Origin: a virus
Taxonomy: Duplodnaviria > Caudoviricetes
Length of the DNA: 49,367 nucleotides
IMG/VR virus record: IMGVR_UViG_3300043394_000752
Location: 1-49,367 of that record
Direction: 5' to 3' (one strand)
The position numbers and the translations under genes are program-made. The notes beneath the pieces are model-generated. The model was given only the letters and a program-made list of their open reading frames with translations. It made no database searches and was not told the origin of the DNA. Of this stretch, positions 46,644-49,367 are shown in pieces (positions within the stretch are counted from its first letter, which is position 1; every line of letters begins with the position of its first letter).

Positions 46644-46715
46644 CGGTCCCACCGGGAATCGAACCCGGCACTTTGCCGTGACAGGGCAATATTATAGCCG
46701 ATTAACTATGAGACC
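46644..46715 (-). tRNA. tRNA-Asp(GTC)
   Basis: Cloverleaf, loop CUGUCAC. Confidence 0.92.
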
Positions 46716-46905
46716 AAATTAAAACAAATTTTTCACACCCTCTGTGCATCATGACCGATAAATCGGTGGCCACATTTTCGTCAATTGGTTAATTACTCCC
46801 GACTTATAGCGACTCTACCCTGACCTGTATGACTATTCCGGCTTCAACAGGACCATTTTGGGATTCATATACCGTGGGGTCACACCACAGTCTTCATTTG
46901 TTTTG

Positions 46906-46999
46906 CTGATTAAAAAGGATTCGAACCTTAATCCTGAGTCCCCTTTCTACGTTAACACCATATACTCCGTTCCTCTGTGCGCCTTTACACCATAATCAA
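46906..46999 (-). ncRNA. tRNA-like RNA or pseudo-tRNA with expanded purine-rich anticodon region
   Basis: UUGAUUA/UAAUCAG acceptor, GUG/CAC D stem, AAGG-UUCGAAU-CCUU T arm; no 7-nt anticodon loop. Confidence 0.6.
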
Positions 47000-47045
47000 T
47001 CGACAGTTTCGAACCTGTCAGACATAGGGTAATTAATCCTATGTT

Positions 47046-47684
47046 TTATCTTCTACCATAACTCCAACCTTTTGGAAGTTTATCGGTTTTTTTTATTTTT
47101 TTATTTTCAGTACCATTAGTTATCCAACATGTGCCAAATTGAGAATTACCTTCTCCTTTTTGTTTTAATGAACTGGCCAATCCTATTTTTTCTTTACTTT
47201 CTGCTTTGTGTTTTTTACCAGTCCAATCAGGTCTATTTTTATATTTACCTTCTTCCCAACATTTTTTAACTATATTGACAAATCTTTCTGTGTGGTGTTT
47301 TCTATATTCATCATCGGTTTTAATTCTAATTGAATGTAAGTTTCCGCTATATTTACCACCATTTTTAACACCCTCCGGACTTACATGCCCACCATTACCA
47401 CCAAAAACCAAATTCATGCACATTGTGTCTTTTAACAAATCTTCATTTACTATTTCCTTTTCTTTATTAACTAAATCGGTTCTAGTATTAAAAAATTCTA
47501 AGTATTCAATCTTAAAGTTTTCTTTACCATATTTGTTAATTGACCTTTTTAATTTATACCCACTTCCTAAATAACCATCATTTAGATTATTTGTTGAATG
47601 TATTCCAATATAAAACTTTTCATTTATTTTATTGGTTGTTTTATAAATGTAGTGGTGTTTTTTTTCGTTATTAAAATTTCCCAT
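47046..47684 (-). mobile_element. Seg-like GIY-YIG homing endonuclease with NUMOD3
   Basis: YIYKTTNKIN.KFYIG.H, YLGSG; paralog of 41951-42595. Confidence 0.88.
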
Positions 47685-47736
47685 AATTAAATGTTTTTAT
47701 ACATATAAATATAACAAAAATTAAAAAAAAACAAAG

Positions 47737-47809
47737 AGCCCCCTATCGGATTTGAACCAATAACCTGCTGCTTACAAAACAGCTGCTCTACCAATTGAGC
47801 TAAGGGGGC
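47737..47809 (-). tRNA. tRNA-Thr(TGT)
   Basis: Cloverleaf, loop UUUGUAA. Confidence 0.92.
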
Positions 47810-47861
47810 ATTAATACACCGGGTCACCACCAAATTTGTTAAAGTACAATATTGGAAAACT

Positions 47862-47936
47862 TGGTTGCGGGGGCCGGATTCGAACCGACGACCTAAAGGT
47901 TATGAGCCTTCCGAGCTACCTCTGCTCTACCCCGCT
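47862..47936 (-). tRNA. tRNA-fMet(CAT), initiator-type
   Basis: 1:72 mismatch, GCGGGG acceptor, A11-U24, loop CUCAUAA, encoded CCA; promoter TACATTTG at 47949-47956. Confidence 0.85.
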
Positions 47937-48007
47937 ATATTTCTTTTGCAAATGTATAAATGTTTTTCAATAAAAAAAATAAAATACATATTTTTTTTTA
48001 AAAAAAG

Positions 48008-48082
48008 TTGCGGGACTGGGACTCGAACCCAGAACCTCGGCTTATGAGACCGATGAGATGACCATTTTCTACGCATCCCGCA
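48008..48082 (-). tRNA. tRNA-Met(CAT)
   Basis: Cloverleaf, loop CUCAUAA; irregular D arm. Confidence 0.8.
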
Positions 48083-48089
48083 ATATAAG

Positions 48090-48163
48090 TGTGAAGGGTG
48101 GGAATCGAACCCACAATCGCCTGAACCACAATCAGGTGCTTTACCATTTCAGCTACAATCACC
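48090..48163 (-). tRNA. tRNA-His(GTG)
   Basis: Loop UUGUGGU, G-1; acceptor stem mismatches. Confidence 0.82.
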
Positions 48164-48172
48164 ATGTATTTG

Positions 48173-48242
48173 AGGTTAAGGTCGGGATCGAACCAACTCC
48201 GTGAGATTTGCAGTCACACCGGCCTCCAAGACCAACTTAACC
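48173..48242 (-). tRNA. tRNA-Cys(GCA)
   Basis: Loop CUGCAAA, U73. Confidence 0.85.
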
Positions 48243-48249
48243 ATTTTTG

Positions 48250-48321
48250 AGGATCTATAAGGATTCGAACCTTAACTTTAACATCCGTAGTGTTAGGTGC
48301 TATCCGTTACACCATAAATCC
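48250..48321 (-). tRNA. tRNA-Arg(ACG)
   Basis: Cloverleaf, loop CUACGGA. Confidence 0.9.
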
Positions 48322-48330
48322 AATTACCAT

Positions 48331-48753
48331 CTATAATAGACGATTTTGTTTATATTCTTCTTCAGTACCAAATCTAATTGGGACAAATAATGCAAAACCA
48401 TCATCGTCTTCAAAGTGATTACATTTATCTTCATAAATGTTACCAAATTTTTCTCTGTTATAAACGAATTCTTTTCCAACCCATTTAGCGACAGTTGCTC
48501 GTCTGTGATCACCAATATAGATCTGACCTTCAATTAAATCTTTTTTAGCAATCGCACCAGCTTCTATTAGTTTTGGAACGTAGAAATCTTTCCATTCCTG
48601 TATATCCACTCTTGGTAGCTCAGGAACATCGGTTGGGTTGTTAATTTTTGGTAGTGTTTCCCAATATTCTTTTACCCGTTTCTTTCTTTCTTCTTTTATC
48701 TGTTCATTTTGTGATTGCATTTTCAAAATAAACTCTAATTTTTCGGTTTCCAT
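48331..48753 (-). CDS. hypothetical phage protein
   Basis: 140 aa; Y.G..R.A.VA.W....F.Y.R.KFG....HFEDDDGFALFVP. Confidence 0.8.
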   Translation of the reverse strand: METEKLEFILKMQSQNEQIKEERKKRVKEYWETLPKINNPTDVPELPRVDIQEWKDFYVPKLIEAGAIAKKDLIEGQIYIGDHRRATVAKWVGKEFVYNREKFGNIYEDKCNHFEDDDGFALFVPIRFGTEEEYKQNRLL

Positions 48754-48757
48754 GATT

Positions 48758-49012
48758 TTAATTAATTAAGTTATCAATATTAATGTCACGTTCATCAAGT
48801 GTTTCAAATATTTTATTGAATATTTTTTCATGTAATTCAAATTCAGCATCGGTTGATGCTTCGTTACCTTCTAGTTCACGTTTAGTTCCTTTTCTAACTT
48901 CGTAAATAATATCCCATAATGATAATGCCATGTCTGTTGATTTTACACATCTTAAATGTGCCATAGCATCATCTGGGTCATTTAAATCAAATTCTAAAAT
49001 TCCTTTTGCCAT
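48758..49012 (-). CDS. hypothetical phage protein
   Basis: 84 aa; MAKGILEFDLNDPDD. Confidence 0.8.
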   Translation of the reverse strand: MAKGILEFDLNDPDDAMAHLRCVKSTDMALSLWDIIYEVRKGTKRELEGNEASTDAEFELHEKIFNKIFETLDERDINIDNLIN

Positions 49013-49033
49013 AATATTTGTTTTTTAAATTTG

Positions 49034-49102
49034 CACAAATTGAAGGAATCGAACCTTCTCCTATGGTTTTGGAGACCATTTGGCTGCCATAGCCTAACTT
49101 GT
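49034..49102 (-). tRNA. tRNA-Trp(CCA)
   Basis: Loop CUCCAAA, G73, minimal D arm. Confidence 0.82.
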
Positions 49103-49105
49103 ATT

Positions 49106-49180
49106 TGGTACTGCGACGGGGAATCGAACCCCGGCCTTATCATAGAAAGTGATACGTGTTAACCTCTTCACTACCGCAGC
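49106..49180 (-). tRNA. tRNA-Glu(TTC), second copy
   Basis: Cloverleaf, loop CUUUCUA, encoded CCA. Confidence 0.82.
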
Positions 49181-49245
49181 ATACTAAAGTTATTTTTGCA
49201 CGATAAAGGTAATCATTTTATTGTACATTTTTTACTTTATTATTG

Positions 49246-49319
49246 TGACCCCGAATGGACTCGAACCATTGACTCCCTCATTAAAAGTGAGGTGCTCTAA
49301 CCAACTGAGCTACGAGGTC
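49246..49319 (-). tRNA. tRNA-Lys(TTT)
   Basis: Cloverleaf, loop CUUUUAA. Confidence 0.92.
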
Positions 49320-49323
49320 ATTG

Positions 49324-49367
49324 TGGTGATGGACGGACTCGAACCGCCGACGCCTACCTCTTCAGGG
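49324..49367 (-). tRNA. tRNA-Phe(GAA), 3' part only (window edge)
   Basis: CUGAAGA loop, T arm GGCGG-UUCGAGU-CCGUC, 3' acceptor strand. Confidence 0.75.

Noticed and set aside
455-47574. Short antisense or alternate-frame ORFs nested in longer genes (e.g. 4727-5011, 13482-13868, 16711-17139, 32664-33080, 39161-39505, 41403-41771)
   Set aside because: Shadow frames of well-supported genes, with no motifs or expression signals
41760-48047. Track ORFs overlapping tRNA genes (41760-41945, 42606-42896, 44098-44337, 44237-44452, 47865-48047) and the 5' extensions of 37799-38314, 41264-41758 and 45451-45756
   Set aside because: They are translations of tRNA sequence; real starts lie downstream
1-49367. 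Stop-codon reassignment or suppressor tRNA
   Set aside because: Long genes are intact in code 11, TAG and TGA end plausible genes, and no CUA, UUA or UCA anticodon tRNA was found in the window

Overview
AT-rich segment of a large (jumbo-type) dsDNA phage genome, standard genetic code. The host is inferred to be Bacteroidota from repeated TAnnTTTG promoters. Layout: (1) 1-6.4 kb, small early-type genes behind host-type promoters (DUF932, DUF4314, YubB-like). (2) About 6.4-6.7 kb, a non-coding junction with a G-quadruplex-type tract. (3) 6.7-35 kb, genes mostly preceded by a TATTTAT motif; many encode proteins with a shared MK-x-I/L-x-E leader (probable head-packaged proteins). This block also holds a GH19 endolysin, a nuclease insertion that re-supplies the start of a P-loop kinase gene, a secreted nuclease and a glycosyltransferase cluster. 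(4) 34.6-49.4 kb, a minus-strand translation/RNA region with tmRNA, SmpB, 24 conventional tRNA genes (one truncated by the window edge), two Seg-like GIY-YIG endonucleases and several tRNA-like or structured RNAs. The standout is 38284-41169: a TROVE/ROT-like + TerD protein gene followed by seven copies of a structured RNA module (GGCUA...UUACUUCUA...CC helix). Five copies carry tRNA parts (anticodon stem-loops, a T-arm, or a whole tRNA-Asn in circularly permuted form). This is a candidate undescribed Ro/Y-RNA-like ribonucleoprotein system. All calls come from reading the sequence by eye; no database searches or folding programs were run.
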